Below the pieces are notes generated by a model. It made no database searches. It had not been told where the DNA came from and worked only from the letters and a program-made list of their open reading frames with translations. Position numbers and translations under genes: made by a program. Below, one piece after another: positions 19,158 to 28,922 of a stretch of DNA of 64,000 nt. Numbering within the stretch: the first letter of the stretch is position 1; each line of letters begins with the position of its first letter. This DNA comes from Spirochaetia bacterium (GTDB lineage: Bacteria > Spirochaetota > Spirochaetia > SZUA-6 > Bin103), in the NCBI GenBank assembly GCA_965203905.1, contig CBDBDQ010000005.1, positions 704,001 to 768,000 on the forward strand, given 5' to 3'.

Positions 19158-20471
19158 CTACTCTAAGTTGTACCGTCTCTTGAACTTCGCAAACTCCTCT
19201 TCGGCCTTCGCCTGAAGGTCGTTAAGGGCCTGCTCCGGCGTCTTGACCTGGTATATGGCTTCTTCAATCGCAGCGTTGATCTCAGTCAACACGAAGTTCG
19301 CGATTGGCACCGGTGGTGACATGAACGCATTCGGGCCGGCCGCCTGCTCCGAGAACATCTTGATGTTCGGATTGGGATGCTCTGCGATGAAAGCCGGATC
19401 CCGGTTCCACTTCACAATCGGAGTGTAGGTGCCGAATCCGTACGCGATTCGAGTTGCACTCTCCTGTTCGTACCAGAACCTCAGTACATTGCCGGCTTCT
19501 TTCGGGTGTTTCGACTGTGCGGGAATGACATTGTAATCGCAGGTCATCAGAATGGTTCCCGCAGGGGCTCCTGGGTTCAGCGGAGGAGCGGCCACGCCCC
19601 ACTCCAGATCAGGCTTGAAACGGTTGATGAACTCGAAATTCCACAAGCCCATCATGTCGAAGGTCAACCTTCCGGTCCAGAATTGATAGTTCTCCGTGTC
19701 GTAGCCTCCTTGAGCACCCCGAAATCTCTGCACGTTCTGGACTCCCCACTCTGCCACGAGGGACGTCATCCATTCCAGCATCTCTACGTTCTTGGGGTGA
19801 TTCAAGGTGAGCGCACCCGTCTCTTCATCGTAAATCGATCCACCAAAATAGTAGAACCATTGGTACACGTCCCAGTTGGCAAAAGGCATCATACCGATGG
19901 ATTCTATAAAGCCGTCTTCACTCAGTTTCGTTACCTGGTGAATGTACTCGTTCAGTTCCTCGATTGTGGTCGGTGGAGACTCCGGATCAAGCCCCGCTTC
20001 CTGAAAGATTGCTTTGTTCCAATACAGATTCCAGGTCCAAGGATAGATTGGCACCCCATAAAGTTCGTCTCCGTGGGTTGCAAAATCTACCAGCGTGGAG
20101 ATGAAATCATCCTTGGTGATGTCACCGGTGAAATACTCATCAAGTGGTGCCAACTGACCTCTCAGTGCATATTCGGCTAACGTCTGCGACCAGGTAAACG
20201 AGAAGTCCGGCACATCACCAGAGGCCAGAGCGGTAATGAATTTGTTCCACAGATCTGCGATTTGTTCATATACCACCGTTACGCCCGGGGTTTGTTCGTT
20301 GTACGCAGCGAAGACGTCTTCTACTGCCGCTCGATAGTTGTCGCCATGAAGGCCCCAATAGCTAAGGGTTATCTCTTCGGCTGCCGCTGCTTCACCTTCT
20401 CCGGCCGCCCAAACAGTGAATGATGCGATCAGCAGGCACACCATTATGCAAAACGCGGTCCTCTTTGACAT
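19158..20471 (-). CDS. Carbohydrate ABC substrate-binding protein (family 1)
   Basis: Signal peptide ending WAAGEGE, ASGDVPD, LYWNKAIFQEAGLDPESPPTT. AGGAG RBS. Confidence 0.9.
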   Translation of the reverse strand: MSKRTAFCIMVCLLIASFTVWAAGEGEAAAAEEITLSYWGLHGDNYRAAVEDVFAAYNEQTPGVTVVYEQIADLWNKFITALASGDVPDFSFTWSQTLAEYALRGQLAPLDEYFTGDITKDDFISTLVDFATHGDELYGVPIYPWTWNLYWNKAIFQEAGLDPESPPTTIEELNEYIHQVTKLSEDGFIESIGMMPFANWDVYQWFYYFGGSIYDEETGALTLNHPKNVEMLEWMTSLVAEWGVQNVQRFRGAQGGYDTENYQFWTGRLTFDMMGLWNFEFINRFKPDLEWGVAAPPLNPGAPAGTILMTCDYNVIPAQSKHPKEAGNVLRFWYEQESATRIAYGFGTYTPIVKWNRDPAFIAEHPNPNIKMFSEQAAGPNAFMSPPVPIANFVLTEINAAIEEAIYQVKTPEQALNDLQAKAEEEFAKFKRRYNLE

Positions 20472-20532
20472 ATGTCACTCTCCTAATAAATGTTTTTTGT
20501 ACATGTTGGATTTTCCAGTAGTGTACATGTAC
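20466..20532. promoter_or_regulatory. Candidate operator palindromes upstream of the sugar ABC operon
   Basis: TGACATATGTCA (20466-20477, spanning the start codon). TGTACATGT at 20498 and 20522. Confidence 0.35.
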
Positions 20533-20761
20533 TTGGAACTACAATTTCGAACCTCCTTTCTGGAAATGGGCGCATTCGTTGTACCCCGCGCCTACTGGTC
20601 TGTCAACTGCGCGCGAAATGCAGACTGATGCTGTATCGAAGCATCCACTCGAACGGTACCTGGAACTGGCCGGCTGTACCCGCCATCATGCAGACTGAGC
20701 GGCGGCGCGGCCGGCGAACACGATCTGGAGCGGCCTCGGCCCACCGCGCCCGACAGCAGGT

Positions 20762-22042
20762 TCAGCGCGCGGCGCCGTTCCCGGAGTGGGTCAGGTAGGC
20801 GATGGTGAGGGGGCCCTCCGGCAGCACGCACAGGCGCACCGGCTGTAACTGCGCCAGGGTGGCCTCGATGTCGCGGGTCGGGGTGAGCAGCGCGGCGCGG
20901 ATCTCGGCGTCGTCGAGGCCGTCGCTGTAGACGTAGACGTCGGCGTGACGCTGGATCTGCGCCTGGATCTGCACCTGCCACTGGTCCTGCGCCGAGAAAC
21001 CGGGACGCTGCAGCAGCTCCAGGATGGCGTCGGGGGAGCCGGCCTCGGCCAGCAGCTCGGCGTAGCGGCCGTGGCTCGGCAGGCCGTCCTCGCACCCAGC
21101 CGCCAGCACGATGGCGCCGCCGGCGCGCACGATGCCCCTGGCCGCCTGCATCCCCTTCACCGTCTGGTAGAGGTTCTGGTCCAGCGGGTAGCCGCTGTTG
21201 GTGGTGACCACCGCGTCGAACGGTTCCTCCACCGGTACCATGGCGCTGTCGCGCACGAAGGCGCAGCCGCGGCGGTGCGCCTCGATCACGTCGCCGGCGA
21301 ACACGCCGGTGATCTCGCCGCCGGCGTTGAGGGTGACGTTGAGCAGGAACAGCGGCTCCACCAGCAGCGCCGCCTCGCGCATCTCCTCCCAGATCGGGTT
21401 GCCCTCGGTGATGCCCCAGGTCGCCCGTGGATCGCCGATCATGGCGTAGCCGTGGTTGGTGAGCACGCTCTCGTGGCCCGCCAGGGCCGGCAGCGCGCCC
21501 TTCGGCCCGCCGCTGAAGCCGGCGAAGAAGTGGGGCTCGATGAAGCCGGTGAAGATCACCACGTCAGCCTCCATGACCGTCCGGTTGAGGCGGATGGTGT
21601 TGCCGCGGCTGGTGCTGCCGGCCGCCACCAGGCCGGTGTCGTCCCAGGCGTCGTGCTGCGTGCAGCGGTAGCGGTCGACCACCTCCGCGCCCAGCATCTG
21701 CCGCAGCTCCGCCGCCGTCTGCGGCCGATGGGTACCCAGCGCGTTGATCAGGGTGATGTCGCCACGCCGCACCCCGGCCCGCTCCAGTGCCCCCAGGAGC
21801 ACCGGCAGGATGCGGTCGTTCGGCGTGGCGCGGGTGATGTCGCTGTGGGTCACCACCACGCGGCGCTTGCCGGCGGCCAACTGCGCCAGCGGCGGCGTGC
21901 CCACCGGGTCGGCCAGGGCCGCCTCCAGCGCGGCGCGCTCGTCGCCGACGCCGGCCACCGGTCGCGGACGTACCACCTGCGCATGGTCGGGCACCTCGAC
22001 GCTCAGGCCGCGGCGCCCGTAGGCCAGTTCGACGCGCTTCAC
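20762..22042 (-). CDS. larA: Nickel-pincer-dependent lactate racemase family protein (LarA homolog)
   Basis: SDITRATP, ALGTHR, IEPHFFAGFSGGPK, GYPLDQNLYQTVKGM. GTG start at 22042. Confidence 0.9.
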   Translation of the reverse strand: MKRVELAYGRRGLSVEVPDHAQVVRPRPVAGVGDERAALEAALADPVGTPPLAQLAAGKRRVVVTHSDITRATPNDRILPVLLGALERAGVRRGDITLINALGTHRPQTAAELRQMLGAEVVDRYRCTQHDAWDDTGLVAAGSTSRGNTIRLNRTVMEADVVIFTGFIEPHFFAGFSGGPKGALPALAGHESVLTNHGYAMIGDPRATWGITEGNPIWEEMREAALLVEPLFLLNVTLNAGGEITGVFAGDVIEAHRRGCAFVRDSAMVPVEEPFDAVVTTNSGYPLDQNLYQTVKGMQAARGIVRAGGAIVLAAGCEDGLPSHGRYAELLAEAGSPDAILELLQRPGFSAQDQWQVQIQAQIQRHADVYVYSDGLDDAEIRAALLTPTRDIEATLAQLQPVRLCVLPEGPLTIAYLTHSGNGAAR

Positions 22043-22140
22043 CGCCGGCCCGCCCCCGCCGCGCCGCACGCCGGGCCAGTGGTCCGCGGCGCGCCCGGCA
22101 ACGCGCCCGTCTCCAGGACGCCCCGCCACCGGCCCCTCAC

Positions 22141-23532
22141 TCAGTCCCCATCCCCGGCTTGCAGCCGCTGCGCCGCGCCGGGGTCGCCGATGTGCATCGT
22201 GTCGTAGGCCTGCTGCGAGGAGCTGAACGGCCCCACCCCGGCGTGGCCGTGCCAGTCACCCTGAGTCAGGATCGGGGCCGGCAACCGGGTGGTGCTGGTG
22301 CGCTCGTCGATCCAGCCCTCCATGCGCTCGCGCAGGAACGCCACCACGTCGGGCAACTCGTCGGCCAGGTTGTGCAGCTCCTCGGGGTCGTCGGTGAGAC
22401 GGTACAGCTCCACCGGCGGCTTGAAGTGGAAGTCCGGCTCCAGCGCCACGATCAACTTCCATTCCGGCGTGCGCCAGCCGTGCTTGCGCATCCAGGTGCA
22501 CTCCGCGATGTAGAACTCGCTGGCGTAGCTGGCGACCTCGCCGCGCACCAGCGGCTGCAGGCTGCGGCCGTCGAACTGTGCCGGGTCATGGGGCAGCCCG
22601 GCCAGATCCAGCAGCGTCGGAACCAGGTCCTGGTGCTGGTTGTAGCCGGGCACCCGCACGCCGCGCGGCAGCGCCGGCGGATAGCGCAGGATCAGCGGCA
22701 CGTGCAGGACGTTGTCGTAGGTGCCGTGGTGATCGAACCAGCACTCGTGGTCGTAGAGGGTCTCGCCATGGTCGCCGTTCACCACCACGATGGTCTCGTC
22801 GAGCACGCCGCGCGCCGCCAGGGCATTGAAGATTCCCTGGATCGCCGCGTCCATGTACGCGATCGCGCCGTCGTACTGTGCGATCACGTACTCCTTGTCG
22901 GTGATCCCGCGCGGCAGCCAGGCGGCGAAGTAGTCGCAAAACGGCTTGAACGCCATTACCGGTTCCATGGAGCGGTTGGCCGGGTCGCACTCGTCGCCGT
23001 GGTAGAAGATGCGCTCATAGGGGTGCGGCGGCAGGTAGGGGGAGTGGGGATCCATGTGCCGCAGGAACAGCAGGAACGGATCGCCGGCATCGAGCAGCCG
23101 GTCCAGCTCGGGCAGGCTCACCTCGTTCAGGAGCTGTGCCTTGGGGGCACGGCCGCTGGGGTCGCCGTGCCACGCCTCGTACTCGAGGTAACGGTCGAAA
23201 CCGCGCGCGCTGGGGTTGCCCTTGAAGCCGACGCTGGTGCTGGTGTAGCCATGCGGGCGCAGCAACTCCGGCAGCGTGGTCACGGCGGCGCCCACCGGGC
23301 CCTGGTGCCGCAGCGCCACCACCTGGGTGCTGAAGCAGTCCAGCCCCGAGAGCATGGAGCAGTAGGCCGGCGTGGTGGGCACCACGGGCGAGAAGGTGCG
23401 CTCGAACAGCACCGCGTCGGCGGCGAATCGATCCAGGTGCGGGGTGGTCAGGCGCTGATAGCCGTAGCCGCTCATGTGGCCGGCGCTCAGGGAGTCGATC
23501 CCAAGCAGGACGATATTAGGTGGCTTTGCCAT
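22141..23532 (-). CDS. Sulfatase-fold (alkaline phosphatase superfamily) hydrolase, Thr at nucleophile position
   Basis: PNIVLLGIDSL, TTPAYCSMLSG in place of CxPxR, DPHSPY, GDHGE, DLVPTLLDL. Confidence 0.85.
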   Translation of the reverse strand: MAKPPNIVLLGIDSLSAGHMSGYGYQRLTTPHLDRFAADAVLFERTFSPVVPTTPAYCSMLSGLDCFSTQVVALRHQGPVGAAVTTLPELLRPHGYTSTSVGFKGNPSARGFDRYLEYEAWHGDPSGRAPKAQLLNEVSLPELDRLLDAGDPFLLFLRHMDPHSPYLPPHPYERIFYHGDECDPANRSMEPVMAFKPFCDYFAAWLPRGITDKEYVIAQYDGAIAYMDAAIQGIFNALAARGVLDETIVVVNGDHGETLYDHECWFDHHGTYDNVLHVPLILRYPPALPRGVRVPGYNQHQDLVPTLLDLAGLPHDPAQFDGRSLQPLVRGEVASYASEFYIAECTWMRKHGWRTPEWKLIVALEPDFHFKPPVELYRLTDDPEELHNLADELPDVVAFLRERMEGWIDERTSTTRLPAPILTQGDWHGHAGVGPFSSSQQAYDTMHIGDPGAAQRLQAGDGD

Positions 23533-23554
23533 TTATGCCTCCCGATGCCCGCGC

Positions 23555-25024
23555 TCAGCGGTCCAGGTAGTCGCGTGCCCAGCTCCCGCCGGCGGCGCCG
23601 CTGCCGGGAGCGCGCCACAGCGCCTGCACCGCTTCGCTTGCACCGTAGTCGCCCAGCGTGCGCAGGAACGACTCGTGCAGCTCGTTCACCGTGGCCCGGT
23701 TGGCCGCCGCCACGTCCTGCTCGGCCAGCGGGTCGGCCCCGAGGTCGAAGAGCTGCGGGGCGCCCTCGGGTCCGACCGGGGCGTACCCCCACTGCCCGGT
23801 GCGCAGAAACGGCGTCGAGGCGCGCGCGGGAAGCTCGTGTGGCGTTGCCGCCGCCGGCCGCGCATGGGCGCCGGTGATCACCAGGTCGCGCAACGTGCCC
23901 CCGCCGTCCAGCAGTTGCGGTGCGAAGGAACGCCCCTGCAGCGGCTGCGGCGGATCGATCGCCACTCCCACCAGCTCGCACAGGGTGGGTAGCAGGTCCA
24001 TCGGCTGCGCCATCAGGTCGAGACTGCCGCCCGCCGGCACGGGACCGGCCTGGGCGTTGCCGGCGATGAGGCACAGCTCGTTGCTCAGCTCCGGGTACAG
24101 CGGCCAGAAACGGCCGTCGTCGGTGGTGATGTTGCTCTTGCCGCAGCAGTTGTGCTCGCCGATCGACATGCCGTGGTCGGCCATCACCACCACCAGCGAG
24201 CGCTGCCACAGGTCGAGGTCGTCCAGTTTCTGCAGGATGCGGCCGATGTGCCGGTCCACCAGCTCCGACTCCGCGGCGTAGTGGGCCCACAGGTTGCGCA
24301 GCTCGGCGTCGCCGTAGCGGTCGGCCGGACCGTAGTTGGGATGCAGCATTGGCGGGCCGTCGTAGTCCGGATCGTAGCGCCGCACCAGGTACTCCGGCGG
24401 ATCCCACGGCTCGTGGGGATCGAAGAAGTCCACCCACAGGAAGAAGGGCCCGGAGCGGTAGTTGCGCTCCAGCCAGGTGGCGGCGGTGAGCGCGGTGCGG
24501 GCGCAGAAGGTGTCGGCCTCGGTGCGGATGTCGTTGAGCCAGCCGTGCAGGTCGACCAGGGTGGCGCCGAAGGTCTCCGGCGAGAGGCGCGTCTTGGCCC
24601 GCGGCACCGCCTCCGCGATGGGGTCGTCCATGTGCAGCAGGGTCATGTCCCCCTCCTGCCCCCGATGCTGGTAGCTGCCCTGGAAGCCCACCTGAAATCC
24701 CGACTTGAACAGGTGCGGGCAGTCGCAGATGAGCTGTGTGAAGTAGCCCTGCCCGGCCAGCAGGGTGGCGATGTGATTGGGCGTGCTGTGACTGATCGGC
24801 TGCCAGCCGTAGTGGGGCCAGCCCACCCTGCCGCTGGCGAAGTCGGTGCGATGCGGGATGGTGGGGAAGCTGCTCATGGTGAGCCCGGTGAGCTCGGTGG
24901 CGCGCTCGGCGGCGAAGCGGTCCAGCTCCGGCGTGTGGACCGGCCGCCGCGCCCGCGCGCCCAGGTTGTCGCGGCGAAAGGTGTCGGTGATGAGGACAAT
25001 GATGTTCGGATGCTCGGCAGCCAT
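23555..25024 (-). CDS. Sulfatase-fold hydrolase, Thr at nucleophile position
   Basis: PNIIVLITDTFRRD, TIPHRTDFASG, FFDPHEPWDPP, ADHG, DLLPTLCEL. Confidence 0.85.
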   Translation of the reverse strand: MAAEHPNIIVLITDTFRRDNLGARARRPVHTPELDRFAAERATELTGLTMSSFPTIPHRTDFASGRVGWPHYGWQPISHSTPNHIATLLAGQGYFTQLICDCPHLFKSGFQVGFQGSYQHRGQEGDMTLLHMDDPIAEAVPRAKTRLSPETFGATLVDLHGWLNDIRTEADTFCARTALTAATWLERNYRSGPFFLWVDFFDPHEPWDPPEYLVRRYDPDYDGPPMLHPNYGPADRYGDAELRNLWAHYAAESELVDRHIGRILQKLDDLDLWQRSLVVVMADHGMSIGEHNCCGKSNITTDDGRFWPLYPELSNELCLIAGNAQAGPVPAGGSLDLMAQPMDLLPTLCELVGVAIDPPQPLQGRSFAPQLLDGGGTLRDLVITGAHARPAAATPHELPARASTPFLRTGQWGYAPVGPEGAPQLFDLGADPLAEQDVAAANRATVNELHESFLRTLGDYGASEAVQALWRAPGSGAAGGSWARDYLDR

Positions 25025-25163
25025 GCGCCGAGTGTACGCCATTTGCGCCAGCGCCGGTACTGCGCAGTCATTCTGAAAGCAGCGCCGACGCGCCGCAGTA
25101 GTAGAGAGTGTAGAACGGACCGCGACCGCGGCGCGGCTCCGTCGAACCGATCAGGAGGGATGT

Positions 25164-25562
25164 GTGAACAATCTCAATTCCGTGCTTTTGGAAGGGAACC
25201 TGTGCCGGGATCCCGAGCTTCGCTACACGCCGAAGGGCACGCCGGTGTGCACCCTGGTGCTGGCTTCGAACCGCTCCTACAAGGTGGAGGGCGAACGCCA
25301 GGAGGAGGTCTCGTTCGTCGAGACCACCACCTGGGGCAAGCTCGCCACGGTGTGCGCCGAACACCTCGCCAAGGGGCGTGGCGTGCGCGTGGTCGGCCGG
25401 CTCAAGCAGGACCGCTGGGAGGACTCCGAGGGCAACGCCCGCGCCAAGGTCGTGATCGTGGCGGAGCAGGTCGAGTTTCAGCCGCGGCGGGCCGCCAACG
25501 GCGAACGCAACGGCGCCGCCGCTGGCGAACAGGCCGAGCCGGCGGCGGAGCTCGCATCGTAA
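25164..25562 (+). CDS. ssb: Single-stranded DNA-binding protein (short form)
   Basis: LNSVLLEGNLCRDPELRYTPKGT, LAKGRGVRVVGRLKQDRW. AGGAGG RBS. Confidence 0.92.
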   Translation: MNNLNSVLLEGNLCRDPELRYTPKGTPVCTLVLASNRSYKVEGERQEEVSFVETTTWGKLATVCAEHLAKGRGVRVVGRLKQDRWEDSEGNARAKVVIVAEQVEFQPRRAANGERNGAAAGEQAEPAAELAS

Positions 25563-25575
25563 CCGTCCGGCTCTT

Positions 25576-25626
25576 GGGAGCGGCTCCGGCGTGCGCGGCC
25601 TACGGCCACCGCCCGGTGCCGCTCCC
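25576..25626. other. Extended stem-loop downstream of ssb
   Basis: GGGAGCGGC...GCCGCTCCC outer stem with an inner GGCC-TAC-GGCC. Confidence 0.35.
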
Positions 25627-25725
25627 GGCGCCCCGCGCAACGAGCGACCCGCCGAGTCGAGCGTGAAGGACTACGTACACCGGCCGCACGACAGCTCGTT
25701 TCGTGCGGTGAGTTGAAAGGACGCA

Positions 25726-26303
25726 TGGCGCAGCTCACAATGCGAGCGGTGAAGTCGAATGCAACCCCGGATGCGCGCTCCGGCGCGTCTCCGGCGCCAT
25801 CCAACGCGGGGCAGAACCCGCGGGCGGAGCGGGACACCGCGGGACCGATTCTGTTCATCGACGGGCATTGCGTCCTGTGTCAGCGGGCGGCCCAGTGGGT
25901 GCTGCGTCACGACCGCCGCGGACGGGTGGCGCTGGCCGCGCTGCAGGGCAGGACCGCGCACCGGCTGCTGCCCGCGGCGCTGTGCGGGGAAGGCGATGAA
26001 GATCGGCGGACGGGGATCTTCCGCCAGCCGGCACCTGCGGACCAGCCCGCAGCCGTCGGCCCCGGATCGCTGGTGTGGCGCGGGAGCGACGGCCGTATCC
26101 GCCTCCGGTCGGCGGCGGTGCTGGCCGTCGCGGTGGCGCTCGGCGGCTGGTACCGGGCGGGCGCCGCGCTGCTATGGCTGGTGCCCGCTCCCCTGCGCGA
26201 CGCCCTCTACCGGGCGCTGGCCCGTCGCCGGAGGCGCTGGTTCGGGACTACCGACCGCTGCCGGCTGCCCGCCGAGTCGCAAGGAAACCGGCTGCTCGAC
26301 TGA
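25726..26303 (+). CDS. DCC1-like thiol-disulfide oxidoreductase (DUF393)
   Basis: LFIDGHCVLC (DxxCxxC), VPAPLRDALYRALARRRRRWFG...C. Start uncertain. Confidence 0.85.
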
Positions 26304-26445
26304 CGATGCCGGCACGATGGCGGTAACGCAGGTACCCCTGACGACCTTGCCGGCCTGGTGGTAGGCTCGGGGTATAGCAGCCGAGCAACCACGGTGCTCG
26401 GAGAGTCTCGCCCGGCCGCTCAGCGGTGCCGGCGAAGGAGGCGCA

Positions 26446-26832
26446 TTGGAGGTCCTGTTTCTGATCGGCCGCCTCATGGCCGCGTTGATGTACCTGCTGT
26501 TGGGAGTCAACCACTTCGTCAACCTGCCCGAACTGATCGACTACGCCTACCGACGCAAGGTGCCGGTCCCGTTGGTGTCGGTTCCGCTGACGGGCTTGGC
26601 GCTGATCGCGGGGGCGTTCTCCATCGGCCTCGGGTTTCACCCTACCGCCGGGGTCATCATCGTGGTGGTGTTTCTGTTGCTGTCGGCTCTCCTGGCGCAC
26701 CGCCCGTCGACGCAGGACGACACCCGCGCGTGGCAGCAGGAAAAGCTCAACTTCATGCGCAACATGGCCCTGGCGGGCACCACGCTGATGTTGCTGGCCA
26801 TCCCGTCGTGGCCCTATTCGGTGACGCCGTAG
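26446..26832 (+). CDS. DoxX family membrane protein
   Basis: LIGRL...G.NHF, hydrophobic helices, FMRNMALAG. AAGGAGG RBS with TTG start. Confidence 0.85.
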   Translation: MEVLFLIGRLMAALMYLLLGVNHFVNLPELIDYAYRRKVPVPLVSVPLTGLALIAGAFSIGLGFHPTAGVIIVVVFLLLSALLAHRPSTQDDTRAWQQEKLNFMRNMALAGTTLMLLAIPSWPYSVTP

Positions 26833-26868
26833 CCAGCCCGGCCGTAGCCCGCCCGGCGAGTCGTCCAG

Positions 26869-27195
26869 CTACCGGTGCCCGCGGCGGAACAGCCCGCTGA
26901 GGAAGGAGATACCCCCGGCGGCGATCAGTATCACGCCGCCGACGCCGACCAGGCCCTGCAGCAGGGAGCCGAACAGCAGCATGACGCCGCCGCCCGCCAC
27001 GCTGAACCATCCGGTGCGGCGCATGTGCGGTTTGGTCAGTACCGTCCACAGCCCCCACCCCACGGCTACTGCGGCCAGAATCACGCGCGATACCGGATTC
27101 AGCAGGATGCCATTGGCCAGCAGGATGGCCAGGCCGCTGCCGGCCAGAAACAGGGCGCCGGGTGCTCCGGGCGCCAGTTGTCGCCGCTCATCCAT
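26869..27195 (-). CDS. Hypothetical small membrane protein
   Basis: About four hydrophobic segments. TACCTT box 6 nt before the ATG. Confidence 0.6.
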   Translation of the reverse strand: MDERRQLAPGAPGALFLAGSGLAILLANGILLNPVSRVILAAVAVGWGLWTVLTKPHMRRTGWFSVAGGGVMLLFGSLLQGLVGVGGVILIAAGGISFLSGLFRRGHR

Positions 27196-27228
27196 GGCGC
27201 AAAGGTACTGAACCGGCGGCGGCGACGG

Positions 27229-27990
27229 CTACCGGCGTATGCAGCGCTGCAGCTCCGCGCCGGTGATGCTCGGACACCAGAACTGCTCGATGTAGTTGAT
27301 CGCCAGCTCCAGGCCCGCGGCGTGACTGACGTAGGGCGGCCGTGCCGGGTTGTACATGCAGTCGGTCAGGTCGCGCACCAGGTAGACCGGGATTCCCCAG
27401 CGCACCAGCTGCTTGATCGAGAAGCTGCGTTCGAGGACGCACATGTTGGTGTGGACACCCGCCAGCAGCACGGTCTCGATGCCGCGCTGGCGATAGTAGG
27501 CGAGCAGCTCGCGACCATCGTCGCCGATTGCGTCGAGCCCGGGGTCGATCCACACCCCCGCGTGCTGACGAGTCCAGCGGACGGGGCTCCGAGGCGCGTC
27601 ACCGGTGGTGTCCGAGGAATCGCTGCCGTCGATCGGGTGTGGCGGATCCGGGTGCGGCAACTCCGCCGGGACCGGGACCGGCGGCGCCTTCAGCACCCGC
27701 TTGCGGGCGGGGTGTTCGGCATATGCCTGCATGGTGCCCGATGGTGCGTGCACCACCAGCATTCCCAGGTCGCGTGCCGCGCGCGCGGTGGCGTCGATCT
27801 GCGGCAACAGCAGCTCCAGGCGCTCCTCGGCGCCGCGGCACCAGTGATGGTTCCAGACGTCGCACAGCAGCAGTGCGGTACTCGCCGGATCCAGCTCCAG
27901 CGGTTCCTCGTGCAGTCGCCAGCCGCGGTAGCCGTGCGCGTCCAGGGTCAACTCCCGCCGCCGCGCGGTGAGTTGCAGTCGCTTCTGCAT
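27229..27990 (-). CDS. Isochorismatase/cysteine hydrolase family protein
   Basis: TALLLCDVWNHHWC, VVHAPS, LAGVHTNMCV, LVRDLTD. Confidence 0.85.
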   Translation of the reverse strand: MQKRLQLTARRRELTLDAHGYRGWRLHEEPLELDPASTALLLCDVWNHHWCRGAEERLELLLPQIDATARAARDLGMLVVHAPSGTMQAYAEHPARKRVLKAPPVPVPAELPHPDPPHPIDGSDSSDTTGDAPRSPVRWTRQHAGVWIDPGLDAIGDDGRELLAYYRQRGIETVLLAGVHTNMCVLERSFSIKQLVRWGIPVYLVRDLTDCMYNPARPPYVSHAAGLELAINYIEQFWCPSITGAELQRCIRR

Positions 27991-28088
27991 GACCGGGAGA
28001 GCGTACCACGCCGCTGCCGCACGGTCATGCGTTGCCAGCGGTGCCGGCGCGTGGCATGGTGCGCGGCGGATGGCTCTCGCGGAGCACC

Positions 28089-28907
28089 ATGCCTGAGTTG
28101 CCGGAGGTGGAGACCACCCGGCGCGGCATCCGGCCCCATCTGCTGGGACGCCGGGTGCGTGACGTGGTAGTGCGCCAGCGGCAACTGCGCTGGCCGGTGC
28201 CGCCGGAGCTGGAGGCTGAGTTGCCGGGCCGTGCGATCCGCGCAGTGGAACGGCGTGCCAAGTACCTGCTGCTGGAGATGGCGCCGCCAGGGACGGTGCT
28301 GCTGCACCTCGGCATGTCGGGGAGCCTGCGCGTGATTCCGGCACCCACCCCGGTAGCCAGGCACGACCACCTGGACCTGGTGCTCGACGACGGCTGCGCG
28401 TTGCGCTTCACCGACCCACGCCGCTTCGGCACCTGTCTGTGGCTCACGGACGGCCCGCGCCGGCACCCGCTGCTGCGCGACCTGGGTCCCGAGCCGCTGG
28501 GCCCGGACCTCACGGCCGATCATCTCTACGCCCGCGCCCGCCGCCGCCGCAGCGCCGTCAAGGCGTTTCTCATGGATTCCCATATCGTCTGCGGTGTCGG
28601 CAACATCTACGCCAACGAGGCGCTGTTCCGCGCCGGCATCCATCCCTTGCGCGCCGCCGGCAACATTTCGCACCGCCGCTATGCTGTCCTGGTGGACGCC
28701 GTGCGCGCGGTCCTGGAAGCCGCTCTCGGAGCCGGCGGCACCACCCTGCGTGACTACCGCGACGCGGGCGGACGCCCCGGCTACTTCAGCGCCCGGCTCG
28801 CGGTGTACGGGCGCAACGGAGAGCCGTGCCTGCGCTGCGGCGGCACCGTTCGCCTGGTGCGCGCCGGCCAGCGCAGCACCTACTACTGTCCCCGCTGCCA
28901 GCGCTGA
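28089..28907 (+). CDS. mutM: Formamidopyrimidine-DNA glycosylase (Fpg)
   Basis: MPELPEVE, RRAKYL, HLGMSG, GVGNIYANE, C-terminal zinc finger CLRC..CPRCQ. Confidence 0.97.
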   Translation: MPELPEVETTRRGIRPHLLGRRVRDVVVRQRQLRWPVPPELEAELPGRAIRAVERRAKYLLLEMAPPGTVLLHLGMSGSLRVIPAPTPVARHDHLDLVLDDGCALRFTDPRRFGTCLWLTDGPRRHPLLRDLGPEPLGPDLTADHLYARARRRRSAVKAFLMDSHIVCGVGNIYANEALFRAGIHPLRAAGNISHRRYAVLVDAVRAVLEAALGAGGTTLRDYRDAGGRPGYFSARLAVYGRNGEPCLRCGGTVRLVRAGQRSTYYCPRCQR

Positions 28908-28922
28908 GCACGTACACCGCCA

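Noticed and set aside
20580-20700. Possible transposase C-terminal remnant (LYRSIHSNGTW)
   Set aside because: The resemblance is too short and weak to call without a search.
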